Shown one piece after another: positions 38,199-49,278 of a stretch of 64,000 bases of DNA; the first letter of the stretch is position 1, and each line of letters starts with the position of its first letter. The stretch spans positions 44,439 to 108,438 of the forward strand of contig JAUIBK010000004.1 of assembly GCA_030428205.1 (NCBI GenBank), in the 5' to 3' direction. This DNA is from a bacterium (GTDB lineage: Bacteria; Bdellovibrionota_C; UBA2361; RFPC01). Below the pieces are notes generated by a model that saw nothing but the letters and a program-made list of their open reading frames with translations, was not told the DNA's origin and ran no database searches. The translations under genes were made by a program, and so were the position numbers.

Positions 38199-38681
38199 AT
38201 GTATCTCGGTGGCATTACGTATTCAATCACAAAATCTTTTGGTCGACTTCAGCTTGTTCCTGAAAACGAGGGTCTAAGACTCTATTACACACCAATTAAT
38301 AACGGTGTTGCTGACACTGAAAGTGCTGGTTTCCTCAACTTACTCCTCCCTCTTGATGCTGTCGGTGGTCTCTGGGCTACAACCCGTGCATTCTTGTACG
38401 GCGTGGAATCTCTCGACGAGAACATAATTCTTCAAGGCGCTGGTGCAGACACCGATGGAGGGGATATTCTTATTAAGCTCTATCGCGATAAGCCGCGCGG
38501 TGCTCATGGAAAGCTCTCTGGCGAAGAAACTTGTTGGCTGCGACTCGTTACTGGTCGTAGTGAGGAAGAAAGGCGTCGTATTAAGCTGGGGCCCCGTGAC
38601 CTGCTCTGCCTTGAGTTAGCGTGTAATACTGTGCTCTCGCTTGCTGCTCAAGCTGGGACTCATAAGCCTGTGGCTGTCTAG
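38199..38681 (+). CDS. Hypothetical protein
   Basis: 160-aa ORF with a GAAGG RBS. Confidence 0.65.
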   Translation: MYLGGITYSITKSFGRLQLVPENEGLRLYYTPINNGVADTESAGFLNLLLPLDAVGGLWATTRAFLYGVESLDENIILQGAGADTDGGDILIKLYRDKPRGAHGKLSGEETCWLRLVTGRSEEERRRIKLGPRDLLCLELACNTVLSLAAQAGTHKPVAV

Positions 38682-38845
38682 TAGCCTCACTTTTCGACAT
38701 ACCCTTCAACAACCTATGGTAGTCTTCACACCTCTCTGCTTGTCGTAGTTTCTTGAGAGCAAGATCAAATACAGTACGTTGCTTCTCAATCCTTGTACAT
38801 CCACCATGCTTGAGTAAGATCCCGTGTTTCATTGCGGAGCTCAGG

Positions 38846-39919
38846 TCACCTTTGAGGTTTGGTCTCAGGGAGGCTAGGCCAGAGATCGGCCTTTATGAGT
38901 TTTCGCCATGCGCGATACACGGATGCCATAGGGCCAACCATAAATGTAACGGCATAAGCCAAAAACTCTTTAGCGCTACATTCGCGTAAGGATTGCAGCG
39001 CTCCCTCAAATGATTGTTGGTGAAACGTTCTAGCACGAGCAAATAACTCAGGGTAATTTTTAGCCAAGCGAGCATCCGACTCTTTTGACCTACATACCTG
39101 ACTTAAATGTCCCCGCAATGAAGGAGTTTTACAGTAAACATGAGCTTGCGGCATTATTTCAACCTTTCCCGCAAGCTTTAGTGCAAGGTACTTATCATCA
39201 GCAATGATAGGATCTGTGGGAAACTCGTTCACTAAGCCTCTGGCTACAGAGCGTCTGATGGCATAACAAGCTCCCGTTAGGCTACCACGATTATATCCAC
39301 CTTCTCTCTTTTCGAATGAGTTCATATAACAACTACGGAGCCTTTGATAGAAACCACTATCAGCCCGAGAGCAATCTAAGGCTAGTAAGCCTGCTGCTAC
39401 AAGGTCACAATTCGATTCGCACTCCAGGCGATCAATAAGTTGATCTAGAGTTGAGGATCCTAACCGAACGTCGGCATCGAGAAATACCAAGTTTGATGCT
39501 TCAGGAGAACTCGTTGTAACAAGAGCCTTCCAAGCTTCGTTTTTGCTTCTTTGAAAAATAGAAGTGACTTCAATGCGGGAATAACGATTAGCGTATCGTT
39601 GAGCTACTTCCATAGTGGCTATCGCTTCAGGATCGTGCAGACCGTTAACACAAATTCTTATTTTCGCATGAGAGCATGTTTGCCATAGCGTTGAATCCAT
39701 CACGTCATGAAGAATAAAGGGCAGGGAGTCACGTTCACAGTGCGCCGGAATTAAGATTTCTGGATCAGCATGTGCTACACGAACATTTAATGAGATATCA
39801 AAAAAGCTATTTCGATCTCGTGTTGGTGGATAAAGAAGTGCTGTATACAACTCTCCTCTCTCATGCTTGAGTTGATTGAAATCGCAAGAAGGTGAAGGGG
39901 GTTTATCTACAGACAACAT
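38846..39919 (-). CDS. Glycosyltransferase family 2
   Basis: Motifs ILIPAH, VFLDAD, GACYAIRR and ADD. Confidence 0.8.
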   Translation of the reverse strand: MLSVDKPPSPSCDFNQLKHERGELYTALLYPPTRDRNSFFDISLNVRVAHADPEILIPAHCERDSLPFILHDVMDSTLWQTCSHAKIRICVNGLHDPEAIATMEVAQRYANRYSRIEVTSIFQRSKNEAWKALVTTSSPEASNLVFLDADVRLGSSTLDQLIDRLECESNCDLVAAGLLALDCSRADSGFYQRLRSCYMNSFEKREGGYNRGSLTGACYAIRRSVARGLVNEFPTDPIIADDKYLALKLAGKVEIMPQAHVYCKTPSLRGHLSQVCRSKESDARLAKNYPELFARARTFHQQSFEGALQSLRECSAKEFLAYAVTFMVGPMASVYRAWRKLIKADLWPSLPETKPQR

Positions 39920-40291
39920 AAGCTTAGAGTATTATACGTAGTTCTCGGACTCCGAAGTGAGCCAAATTCTTGTATGTCGTGCCAACTTCGTAAACAGTTT
40001 GTACATGGTCCTCAACAGAGATGAAGCCTCAGACGTTCTCTCTGGAAGCCCCAGGAGAGAGTTCTATCAATGAGTACCTTTACATTCTGACAAGCGCGGT
40101 AATGGCGTTTCGTCAGATTTTTAGGATGTGTATCGATGGTTCATATGAAAGATCGTCGACGTTGTGGTGAGCTAGATATCTTGGATAGAACTAGGGCCAC
40201 AACGAAAACCCAAAAAAAGAGATATCGGCTTAGCAGAGATATCCTGGTTTAGTTACATGCGAGCATATAACTAGTAAAAAAACAGTAGAGG

Positions 40292-40333
40292 GCTCGTGCC
40301 AGCGATGGTTCGAACCACCGCTGGCTGCCGAGC
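40292..40333 (-). terminator. GC-rich hairpin, probable terminator of the pilin-like gene
   Basis: gccagcgatggtt-cg-aaccaccgctggc, with a T-run nearby on the minus strand. Confidence 0.5.
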
Positions 40334-40351
40334 ATCTCATGGGATCCACAC

Positions 40352-40801
40352 CTAGTGACCGTCGACTGGGGGTATCAAAGAGACCACATTCCAGCCTTTA
40401 TTGTGCGTCCACAGATCGGAGGGGTCAACCTCAGGGGTATCGCCGTGCTTGGGAGCACAACGTCGATACTCCAATACCCCCTCTTTGGTGATACGGTAGC
40501 AATGCCGACCAGATTTGCCGTTGTGCATTGGCCACGCCACTGCCTGAAACTCCGCTGATTCTACTGAATTCGGAGGAGTAAGGCTGTAGTTGTAGCCAGC
40601 CCGAGAGCGTTCCCAGCCTTGCACCACTTCGCTCGTTCCCTGAAGGTCGAGCAGGTGTTGCATGGCGTAGTGCTGATTGGCACGAATCCGTAACTCCAAA
40701 TGTCGCGGCAGAGTCAGTGCGGCAATGATGGCAATGACCGCAGCCACGACCACCAGGTCAATCAGGGTGAATCCCTTTCTATATAAGTTTTGAGAGATCA
40801 T
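40352..40801 (-). CDS. Type IV pilin-like protein
   Basis: RKG|FTLIDLVVVAAVIAIIAAL; GYNYS...AVAWP...GRHCY as in PilA/PilE-like pilins. Confidence 0.7.
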   Translation of the reverse strand: MISQNLYRKGFTLIDLVVVAAVIAIIAALTLPRHLELRIRANQHYAMQHLLDLQGTSEVVQGWERSRAGYNYSLTPPNSVESAEFQAVAWPMHNGKSGRHCYRITKEGVLEYRRCAPKHGDTPEVDPSDLWTHNKGWNVVSLIPPVDGH

Positions 40802-41557
40802 AGAGCAAAGTGGCCCATGGTAGAGAACAGACACCATGTCCGTCCGCAGGCGATAGAGATCTGTAGTTACAAAGCTCTACCGCCCACGAAGTTATTGCCA
40901 ACTATGCTCAGCAAGAACCTAGGCTGCTAACCCGATTCTTGCAGATTATCACAGAACGACAGGCAAATCACATCTCGTACCTCTGCGAATGTGGAGCATC
41001 TCGACCTCCTACGAGAGCCCTCATCCAGCCAGGATAAGCAGGGGAATCATATTGGTCGCCTGTAACTGAGGTTGCGAAAAGGACAGTTCTAGCATTTAGA
41101 GTTGTTCGCCTATTAGAATAGCCCCTCTTCACCTGCTCTTTAACTAAAAAATATGCTCATTTTTCATTTTATGGGCCATAACTCTGTTGGGGTTTGAAAA
41201 ATAATTGGGGTGTTGCCGCGAAAGCGATAGGTCCAAATTCTTCCCACTTACATTTTTATAGAATACAAAAAGTCAGAGTCTTTCTGCCCTATGACTTGTT
41301 GTGCTCATTGTTGAGGTTATCGAAGGCTGAGGACGCATCAGCTCGAATTTTTATTAAGCTGAAAATGTCCTTGAGATCCTCAAGGAGCAGCAAGTCTTCG
41401 AGCAGAAGAATAAGAAGATAGAAGATGATCTAATAAATGCTGTAGAGAAAGAAGTTATGAATGATGTGAGGAACGTTTATAACAAGTGCTCACACACTGT
41501 AAAAACTCAACTCTTTACCTGTTCCGTAAATTATTCGAGCACTGCAAAGGAGTTCAT

Positions 41558-43099
41558 ATGCTGTCGCCTGAAAATCCTCAAGAAAGAACACCCCGTGAAC
41601 CTGGGAACAACCAATGGAGATTTCATACACATTTAATTTTTTCTCCATCGACCCCCAGCGATTTTCAAAATGGAATAGAAGGACTCGAATCTCTTTTATT
41701 TGACCTAGAGGACGATGAACAATTATATATCCTGCATCACATCGTAGATAACTACCAAAGCATCACAGATGCAGATCAGCGTTATCAACTTGCATCTTTT
41801 GTAAGTCGTTATTCTATAGTGTTGACTGAAATACGAGAGCTTATTGCAGAGTATTCTTTAAAGCCGGAAGAGCCTTTCTTAGAGTGGGGTGGTGTGTTTG
41901 CCGGGGGGAGCTGGTTTAGGAGCGAAAACACTGGTCGTGGCTATGTCACTGAGTATGATGAATTAAGTCTTCAAGTGATGAAAAATGCTCTTTTGTATTG
42001 TGACGCTTCTTTGTTCAATAGAGTAGCTCAAGGGGTTTGTCTCAGATGTTTGCCTTTTGGAGATAGGGCTATTCAAGATGCCATAACAACGACTCCTTCC
42101 ATCATCACCAGACTTCAAGATGAGGTGGAGAGTTTTGAAGAAGAAGGTGCGAACTACGTAGAAAAATTACTTGAGCGCATCGGAGAGGGAGGTTCATCCA
42201 GCGCTCGTAAGAATGAGTTGATCGTTCCACCTGATGATAAGCATTCAAAGTTAGAGATGATCTATAGAGGTGCAGAGTTATCTTTATTAAGATATATCCA
42301 AGGCAATGCTGAGTCTCCATACGCTGCCATCGCTGATGCATTTGACGACGGCAAAAATGTGCTTCTCTTTTCGAATATGCTTCGACTGGATTACGCAAGG
42401 AGTATTCCGGAAATAAAACATATCTGCCAACAATCCAGCATCACTCATCTCCTTGTTCCAGGTTTACCTTTAGCTCAAACAGTCGATCAGCTGGGAGTTG
42501 AAAATATTCAAACTACTCATACAGGAGTTGTTCTTGAAGAAGGAGAAAATGCGGATCAAGAAGAGACTGCCAGGTTTTATAGATCGCTTGAAGCCTTTGC
42601 TTCTGTAACAGGGATAGATTCTTTTCTGCCGGCTTATAGCGAAACAGCAGGGGTATTATTTAGTATCCAAAGAGTTAACTATATTAAACAACTCATGTCT
42701 CATCCAAGAAATAGAGTTGTAGTCTTCATCAGTGACTTTGAGATAGAAGATCTTGCTGACTATGCACTACAGAGAAGCCTTGAAGCTGATCCCGATCTTC
42801 ATCAAGGTGTGGGATCTTTTTTCTTTGAGGACATTGTAGATTACACAAGTCCAGGACTTGAGCATTACAATTGTCCGATGCGTTTATACTTTCAAAATCA
42901 TCATCATCATCATCCTCGTAGTTTTTCTCTCCCAACAGAATCTGCTCCTTTTAAACATTGGCAGAACTTGTTTGGAGTCGAATACGGTGATACGGATAAT
43001 GTTGTTTTTCGAGTAGAGAGTGACCACCCTGATGATCCGTGGTTGGGCGATGAAGAGCCAGAAAAAACAGTCGATTCCAGTGAGCTATCTCACGTTTAG
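41558..43099 (+). CDS. Hypothetical acidic protein
   Basis: 513-aa ORF, AGGAG RBS, His5 run, no signal peptide. Confidence 0.65.
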   Translation: MLSPENPQERTPREPGNNQWRFHTHLIFSPSTPSDFQNGIEGLESLLFDLEDDEQLYILHHIVDNYQSITDADQRYQLASFVSRYSIVLTEIRELIAEYSLKPEEPFLEWGGVFAGGSWFRSENTGRGYVTEYDELSLQVMKNALLYCDASLFNRVAQGVCLRCLPFGDRAIQDAITTTPSIITRLQDEVESFEEEGANYVEKLLERIGEGGSSSARKNELIVPPDDKHSKLEMIYRGAELSLLRYIQGNAESPYAAIADAFDDGKNVLLFSNMLRLDYARSIPEIKHICQQSSITHLLVPGLPLAQTVDQLGVENIQTTHTGVVLEEGENADQEETARFYRSLEAFASVTGIDSFLPAYSETAGVLFSIQRVNYIKQLMSHPRNRVVVFISDFEIEDLADYALQRSLEADPDLHQGVGSFFFEDIVDYTSPGLEHYNCPMRLYFQNHHHHHPRSFSLPTESAPFKHWQNLFGVEYGDTDNVVFRVESDHPDDPWLGDEEPEKTVDSSELSHV

Positions 43100-43367
43100 A
43101 AGAAGAGAAGGTTTCTTTCTCCGCTAAGAGGGACGGACCTTACTTGAGTGTTTGCATCCAAGCCGAGCAAGGCGTTGATTTCCTGTGTAGACAACTTTTG
43201 AGGTAAAGGGACTTTGTTGGTCGACGGTTCCTTTTTCTCGTAAGTAAGACTGGGTGTTGTGTGGGGTATTGACCGCTTCATCTGAGCATTATTGTAGATG
43301 CTATGCCTCCGTATTTCTGTATGGGGTGTCTGATCGATTGAGAGCTAACATATGCCTCACTATTATA

Positions 43368-43395
43368 TTGACATATCGGAATAGTACGATATAAA
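43368..43395 (+). promoter_or_regulatory. sigma70 promoter overlapping an ArsR-type inverted-repeat operator
   Basis: TTGACA at 43368 and TATAAA at 43390; ATATCG-N8-CGATAT at 43373-43392. Confidence 0.55.
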
Positions 43396-43402
43396 CTACG
43401 AT

Positions 43403-43699
43403 ATGCCTAAAAAATGTCTTATTCCTCTGACCAACTTAGATGAAGCAGCGCTCTGCCTCAAAACACTCGCACACCCACACCGCTTGCGCATGATCCAGAT
43501 GCTTCTTGATGGTGAGTACACTGTTGGTGAGCTGGCTGAGGCCTGCGAGATTCCTAGTCATATGGCCTCCGAGCATCTTGGAAAGATGAAGGACCGTGGC
43601 TTTTTGACTGCTGAAAGAAGAGGGCGTTCAATGTACTACACAGTCGCTGAGCGAAGTTTAGAGAGTATTCTTGGTTGTATTGAAAAAAGATTCGGTTAA
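43403..43699 (+). CDS. ArsR/SmtB family regulator
   Basis: LKTLAHPHRLRMI...TVGELA...ASEHL...RRGRSMYY. Confidence 0.92.
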   Translation: MPKKCLIPLTNLDEAALCLKTLAHPHRLRMIQMLLDGEYTVGELAEACEIPSHMASEHLGKMKDRGFLTAERRGRSMYYTVAERSLESILGCIEKRFG

Positions 43700-43723
43700 C
43701 TTTTTTTCTCAAAGGAGTTCAAC

Positions 43724-44275
43724 ATGTATTGGAATTGGAAGATGAGTGGAATAGCACTCGGTTTGTGTTTTTTCCTCACCGTACTCATCATTAAGCCGAT
43801 CGGTGTATCAACACAGTTTGTTATCTTTGACGGAATAGCTGTGAGTCTCTTTAAAGATGATATCTCTTATAAGGATGAGTCTACCAAGACTGGCTATGCG
43901 AGCTCTAATGCATATCTCAATAAGTCTGGTGGAAAATATGCTAAGGCGGTTTCTAACCCTATAAATTATAGTTTCATATTTGTGGTTGCCATGTTTCTTG
44001 GAGGGTTTGTCGCGAGAAAGCTCCAAGGAGCGAACGACTCTTGCTCGATGGTACCCGATGTCCATAAAAGGCGTTTTGGTGACTCGCGGGGGATGCGAGT
44101 CTTACTCGCCTTTATCGGCGGTGTGCTCGTTTTGTGGGGTGCGCGTCTTGCTGGTGGATGCACAAGTGGTCATATGATGAGCGGTATGATGCAGACATCT
44201 ATAAGTGGCTATCTCTTTGCTGTAGCAGCGTTTATTGCAGCTGTGCCAACTGCAATTCTTCTTTACAAAAAATAG
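43724..44275 (+). CDS. YeeE/YedE sulfur-compound transporter subunit
   Basis: Motifs PIGVS and GARLAGGCTSGH. Confidence 0.88.
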   Translation: MYWNWKMSGIALGLCFFLTVLIIKPIGVSTQFVIFDGIAVSLFKDDISYKDESTKTGYASSNAYLNKSGGKYAKAVSNPINYSFIFVVAMFLGGFVARKLQGANDSCSMVPDVHKRRFGDSRGMRVLLAFIGGVLVLWGARLAGGCTSGHMMSGMMQTSISGYLFAVAAFIAAVPTAILLYKK

Positions 44276-44285
44276 GGGCTCTCTC

Positions 44286-44843
44286 ATGGATATTGTTCTA
44301 GCAATAATTTTTGGTTTTCTTTTCGGCTTTGTGCTTCAACGTGTTGGCGCAGCTGATCCTGACAAAATTATCGGAATGCTCACGTTACGCGATCTCCACC
44401 TCATGCGCGCTATCTTTATGGGGATAGGTCTTGCCTCTGTGCTTCTCTTTGTCTCCCTACAGATAGGCCTCGTTGACGTTGGGCATGTAAGTGTCAAGAA
44501 GATGTACACCGGTGTAATGGTTGGTGGACTTTTGCTTGGGTTCGGTTGGGCGATATCTGGATTTTGTCCAGGCACTGGAGTCGTTGCCGCTGGCGCAGGC
44601 AGAAAAGATGCCATCGCTTTTCTCCTCGGTGGCCTGGTTGGTGCAGGGTTCTACATGTGTTCCTTTAAGTACCTCAAGGATGGTTGGTTGATGGAATCGC
44701 TCTTTGGTGGAAAAGCTACCTTAGTTACCACAGGTAACTCAGTAGCACTTCTTGACGCCCCTTGGTCAGTTGCACTCGCCATTATCATCGGACTTGTGAT
44801 GATTGTGGTAGCGGCGAAGCTGCCAGAGAAATTTTGTGACTAA
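44286..44843 (+). CDS. YeeE/YedE sulfur-compound transporter subunit
   Basis: Motifs GFLFGFVLQR and GWAISGFCPGT. Confidence 0.88.
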   Translation: MDIVLAIIFGFLFGFVLQRVGAADPDKIIGMLTLRDLHLMRAIFMGIGLASVLLFVSLQIGLVDVGHVSVKKMYTGVMVGGLLLGFGWAISGFCPGTGVVAAGAGRKDAIAFLLGGLVGAGFYMCSFKYLKDGWLMESLFGGKATLVTTGNSVALLDAPWSVALAIIIGLVMIVVAAKLPEKFCD

Positions 44844-45259
44844 AGTTGATTGACTTTTTCTCCGCGCAGGTGCTTCGCCCAAAAACGGCAGGCATCTGTT
44901 GCGGTAAAAATTCCGAGGAGCATTCCACCTTGAGAGATGAGTGCGGATCCAATATGTTGTTTTGCCATCTCGTCTAGAACGTTTGCAAGAGGGGTATCCG
45001 GTTCAACTTGGTACTTATCTATTGAACATACTTTGGTGATCATCGGAGAGTCGTTGTCATTCTCACTGTGTTCGTGGGTAGATTGAGCAGAGAGGAGGTC
45101 TCGTTCAGAGACAACACCAATTATTTCCTGGCCATCAACAATTGGAAGATGTCGTACTTCGTGCATCTGCATAACGCCCAGAGCTGTTTGAACGGTCTCG
45201 CCAACAGAGAGCTGAATAGGAACGGCTGTCATGACATGCTTGATGAGTAGTTCTTCCAT
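44840..45259 (-). CDS. CBS domain protein
   Basis: Motifs RHLPIVD..IIGVVSERDL and LLGIFTATD. Confidence 0.88.
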   Translation of the reverse strand: MEELLIKHVMTAVPIQLSVGETVQTALGVMQMHEVRHLPIVDGQEIIGVVSERDLLSAQSTHEHSENDNDSPMITKVCSIDKYQVEPDTPLANVLDEMAKQHIGSALISQGGMLLGIFTATDACRFWAKHLRGEKVNQL

Positions 45260-45731
45260 AGTTCTCCTCCAAAAATGATAAAGCGAGTATTGGCTGTAAG
45301 GTACTTCGGCCGTTAGACAGGGGCAAGTTGAAAATCGTGGTCGTATCAAATGTGTTCTCTATCGTGAAAATGCCCAGTTCGAAGCTCTGAAACACTATCA
45401 GGTAAGTCGTGGAAATGGCCTTTCCCCTACGCCTTACTGATTCTGCGGGGAGTATTTGTCTTCCCTCGACTTGGCTGAGACTTCGGCGTGAGCTCAGTCG
45501 AACCCTCAGCATCAGTGTCTTTGAATGTTGCTTCGTTCCTGGAAATCGTGTTTTATTGTGAGACGCTGGAGTCTATATCTCTACTGTTCTTTGGACTCTT
45601 TTATACGGGTAGCTTATCTCCTCATTAAAGGTTTGTTGTGTAGCTCTGTAAGATTCTCTGCTTTTAGAGAGCTACGCAGCCTTCGTTTCGACAACGGTAT
45701 CTGTTGTCTTCCCCACATTCCCATCGTGACC

Positions 45732-46127
45732 ATGAACACTACTATCCTTGCACCCATGCTTTTCGTTGTTCTTGCGCTGTCCTCTTGCGTCTTCTATGTG
45801 CCTTTAAGGGAACGAGAAGCAGAGCGGGGATGGGTCTTTCTGGAACAGAGTGAGAAGTATGAACTCTCGGCCTCTGGAGGTGTCTCGTTTCATAACGATC
45901 GAGGCGCTGTCTGGGCGGTGAGAACGGAACCGACATCCATGTGTATGACGGTACGTCAGATCATGCGAGCAGAGGTCGAGGAATACCAGTCTGACGGCTG
46001 GAGAATTTTCGATCAGGACCTCTTCTCACTGCCTCACTCTGGCATCGTTGAACTCATAGGGGTTTCGCCGACTTGGCATGTCTCCTATCGACGAACCCTG
46101 TCGGACTTGAGCTTGAGAGTCGGTTGA
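45732..46127 (+). CDS. Putative lipoprotein
   Basis: Lipobox LSSC after a hydrophobic stretch. Confidence 0.45.
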   Translation: MNTTILAPMLFVVLALSSCVFYVPLREREAERGWVFLEQSEKYELSASGGVSFHNDRGAVWAVRTEPTSMCMTVRQIMRAEVEEYQSDGWRIFDQDLFSLPHSGIVELIGVSPTWHVSYRRTLSDLSLRVG

Positions 46128-46270
46128 TACTTTCAACCTCTGTGTCTTGAGTGCTTGCTATCTTGGGAGGGTATGGTTTTCCATAGGAGGTGATAAGCTC
46201 CCACCATTGTTTTCTATAGACGGTCCACTCCGGTTCATCTTCAGTCTTGTAGCAAGGGACCGAAAGAAAA

Positions 46271-47035
46271 TTAATCAAAGAGCTTTATTCTCACATCGAT
46301 CTGTTCGCTGGTTCGCTCGTCTGCTTCATTTCTCACTTCAAGGATCATGGTTGATGAGTTCGGATCTCCAGTAAGAACAAGTTTCATCATATCGTTGTTT
46401 GGGCCGATAAAGTGAGTTTCTATTCCTTTCAGCTCACCGGTCATCTCCATAAGGTCCATGGTGGCAAAGATATCAATCGAGAGAGCATCTTTGTTACACT
46501 CTGGCAGGATAAGAACAATCTCGGAGTCTGCTTGTGAGGGATCGCCTGGAAATTTCATAGCAAAAAACTGAGTCTGTCCCCATGCAAAAGTAACAATATC
46601 GCTTACCTCAAGGCCAACAGAAGTATCTGGAATTTTACTATGGCACGAATCAATATTGAGCCTGAGAAATGTCTGACTTCCTTCGGTGTACTTTTCCAAT
46701 GAAGTCTCTCCAACATGTATGCCCATGAGTCCGTTTACGTGCATGGTAATTGGTGCTGATTCAAAGAGCACTTCACTATGAGAGACGCTTGGAAGGGGAT
46801 GCAAAAAAGCTCGTTCAAGAGAGACAAAAAGTGAACTGAATTCGGCTTTGTGTTCTGGTGAGGTTTCGTGAGAAGTCGTGGGGGTGCTATCAAAAGAGCG
46901 GTTTCCACACCCAGCGGCAAGGACAAGCGCCAGAGGCGCAATACGTTTCGTAAAAGGATGCTTGTTCCCAGTGGAACCGGATGGGGACGGCGCGTGATCT
47001 GAAAACCTCTCCTGCCGTGCATTGAGGCTATCCAT
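46271..47035 (-). CDS. Putative lipoprotein, hypothetical
   Basis: Lipobox-like LALVLAAGC. Confidence 0.55.
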   Translation of the reverse strand: MDSLNARQERFSDHAPSPSGSTGNKHPFTKRIAPLALVLAAGCGNRSFDSTPTTSHETSPEHKAEFSSLFVSLERAFLHPLPSVSHSEVLFESAPITMHVNGLMGIHVGETSLEKYTEGSQTFLRLNIDSCHSKIPDTSVGLEVSDIVTFAWGQTQFFAMKFPGDPSQADSEIVLILPECNKDALSIDIFATMDLMEMTGELKGIETHFIGPNNDMMKLVLTGDPNSSTMILEVRNEADERTSEQIDVRIKLFD

Positions 47036-47100
47036 AAAGGGTATTGTACTGCAACAGAGAACAATTACCTAGCAGGATTTTACGTGTCTATAACGGGAAG

Positions 47101-48231
47101 TTAAGCGTTTTTTGTGAGAGCTTCAATCTCTTGCATGAGCCGAGGGATAACCTCGTCATAGGCAAAAGCACCAATTTTTTCAGAGCCACGCTTGAGATTG
47201 ACATGATTTGGCCCACACCACAGTCCAAGATCCGCATGATCTGTCTCGCCAGGACCATTAACACGGCAGCCCATGACAGCAATCGTAATATCTTTGTCTT
47301 TGAGTGACTCAGTTACTTTTTTAACCTCTTGAGCAAGTTCAACAAATGCACCGTTCTCAACACGGGAGCATGAGGGGCAAGAAATGACGTTGAGACCCTT
47401 GCCGATAAACTCAGGCACGGAGCGAAATCGTCCAGCTTTAACGTCTTCGACAATTTTGTGTCCGATTTCGATCTCTTTATGTTTCTCACTGTTTGGAAGA
47501 GTCAGTGACACACGAATAGTGTCGCCAATACCAACAGCAAGGAGTTGTTCAAAAGCAACTCGAGATTTAATCTCTCCTTCAGGTAGCATGCCCGCTTCTG
47601 TCACACCGAGGTGCAGTGGAATGTCAGGTCTTTGGGCTGCAAACTTTTTGTAGATCTCAACAACTTTTAAGGGATCTGAACTTTTGAGTGATACAACAAA
47701 ACGATGAAAATCAAACCCTTCGACCATTTCAACATGGTGAAAAGCAGAGCGAAGTGCACTGTCCATCGGATCTTCAACTTCTTCTTTAACGTTCGGATCG
47801 AGTGAGCCGAAGTTTACGCCGATACGCATAGCACAATCGTTGTCTTTGCAAACACCCACTAAAAATTTGACCTTCTCAATTACCTCTTTATCACGTTCAT
47901 GATGGTGGAGGTGTCCCGGGTTATAACGAATTTTTTGAACATAAGGAGCTACCTCTTTTGCCAGGCGGTAGTTTTCCTGGAGATCGACGACTAAATTAGC
48001 ATTTGTCTGGGGGCGGAGTTCTTTTAGGGCAGCAACATCTTTGCGGCTATCCACGGCAATGCGGATGAAGTCAGCTCCTTTGTCCTCGAGGAGATTAATC
48101 TGAGCTAACGTCTCATCGATATCCGTCGTATGTGTAGCACACATGCTCTGAACGGCAATGGGGGCATCGCCTCCAACAAAGAGGGAGCCTATAGGAATCT
48201 TTCTTGTTTTTCTCGTATGAAGACTTGTCAT
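47101..48231 (-). CDS. ispG: (E)-4-hydroxy-3-methylbut-2-enyl-diphosphate synthase
   Basis: Motifs [44 protein letters not shown] and [11 protein letters not shown]. Confidence 0.96.
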   Translation of the reverse strand: MTSLHTRKTRKIPIGSLFVGGDAPIAVQSMCATHTTDIDETLAQINLLEDKGADFIRIAVDSRKDVAALKELRPQTNANLVVDLQENYRLAKEVAPYVQKIRYNPGHLHHHERDKEVIEKVKFLVGVCKDNDCAMRIGVNFGSLDPNVKEEVEDPMDSALRSAFHHVEMVEGFDFHRFVVSLKSSDPLKVVEIYKKFAAQRPDIPLHLGVTEAGMLPEGEIKSRVAFEQLLAVGIGDTIRVSLTLPNSEKHKEIEIGHKIVEDVKAGRFRSVPEFIGKGLNVISCPSCSRVENGAFVELAQEVKKVTESLKDKDITIAVMGCRVNGPGETDHADLGLWCGPNHVNLKRGSEKIGAFAYDEVIPRLMQEIEALTKNA

Positions 48232-48383
48232 TGTCGTTGTCCTTTGGCGGGAGAGAGTACCACACTCATCCGCTGGCGTATACTCTGCGCTGAAGTATAA
48301 AAAGTTGGCTAATCCCATTGTTTTATGGCGCCTGCTATGTATTGTAAGCGCCAAGGGAGCTATCTATATGTTAGGGGAGTGTA

Positions 48384-49091
48384 ATGACAATCAAGCATAT
48401 CTGTTTTGATGGTGATGGAGTTCTTTGGTCAGGAACCAACGAGGGATATATTCGTTGCTTTCACCAAGCCGTAGCTGAGGTTGGCGTTTCGCTCCATGAG
48501 GAGCAAGTGCATGAAAGAGCGATGGTTCACTGGGGAAAATCTGCTGTTCATGTTCTTGAAGGGATTCTCCAAGGCTATCCGTTACTCGTTGAAGAAGCTG
48601 TAGAGCATTTTCATAAGCTCCTCGTGACTGATTATTTCCGTGACGCTGCGCAAGCTATTGCTGGGGTACGAGAGAGTCTCGCTGAGCTCCATCAGAGCGG
48701 TGGCTTTACAACCTCCTTGATTACTGGAATGATCTCAGAAAATCGAGTTGTTATGTGCGAGCGGTTTGGGCTCGAAGATTCTCTCGATTATGCCTATTCA
48801 CCAACTGATAGTGATGATCCAAAGCTTCAGAAAACAACGGGTTACCACTTAAGAGAGATAATGAAATCCGAAGGGCTTGATCCTTCCGAGGTCGTCGTAG
48901 TAGGAGACTCTGCTTCAGATCTTGTTATGGCTCAAAATTGTGGTGTGTCCTTTGTCGCGGTGTTAAGTGGAAACTTCAGCCGTGAGCAAGTGCTTGAGCT
49001 CGGTGTGACAGATATATTGGAGTCAGCAGCTGAGATGCCCCAGTGGGTAAGAGGTCGTAACAGGGAAATTGAACAAGGGATTCCCCTTTAG
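48384..49091 (+). CDS. HAD-family hydrolase
   Basis: Motifs FDGDGVL and VVGDSASD. Confidence 0.85.
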   Translation: MTIKHICFDGDGVLWSGTNEGYIRCFHQAVAEVGVSLHEEQVHERAMVHWGKSAVHVLEGILQGYPLLVEEAVEHFHKLLVTDYFRDAAQAIAGVRESLAELHQSGGFTTSLITGMISENRVVMCERFGLEDSLDYAYSPTDSDDPKLQKTTGYHLREIMKSEGLDPSEVVVVGDSASDLVMAQNCGVSFVAVLSGNFSREQVLELGVTDILESAAEMPQWVRGRNREIEQGIPL

Positions 49092-49278
49092 TGGTTCATC
49101 CGATAAAAATTTGCACCCTTGCCACTCATATTTGGCTCATCTTGACCGCCTTCTCCTTCACGAAATTCTCAAAATACTATAGTATTCCTGCGGATTCATT
49201 CAGTCCGAGGACGTCCAATCTGAACCAAACGTGAGCGTCCTTGGTGAAAATATTTATCGGATGAACCACTGGTGCTTC

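Noticed and set aside
41358-41500. Start-less, protein-like reading frame (AENVLEILKEQQVFEQK...)
   Set aside because: Possible gene remnant, but I recognise no family, so a pseudogene call cannot be supported.
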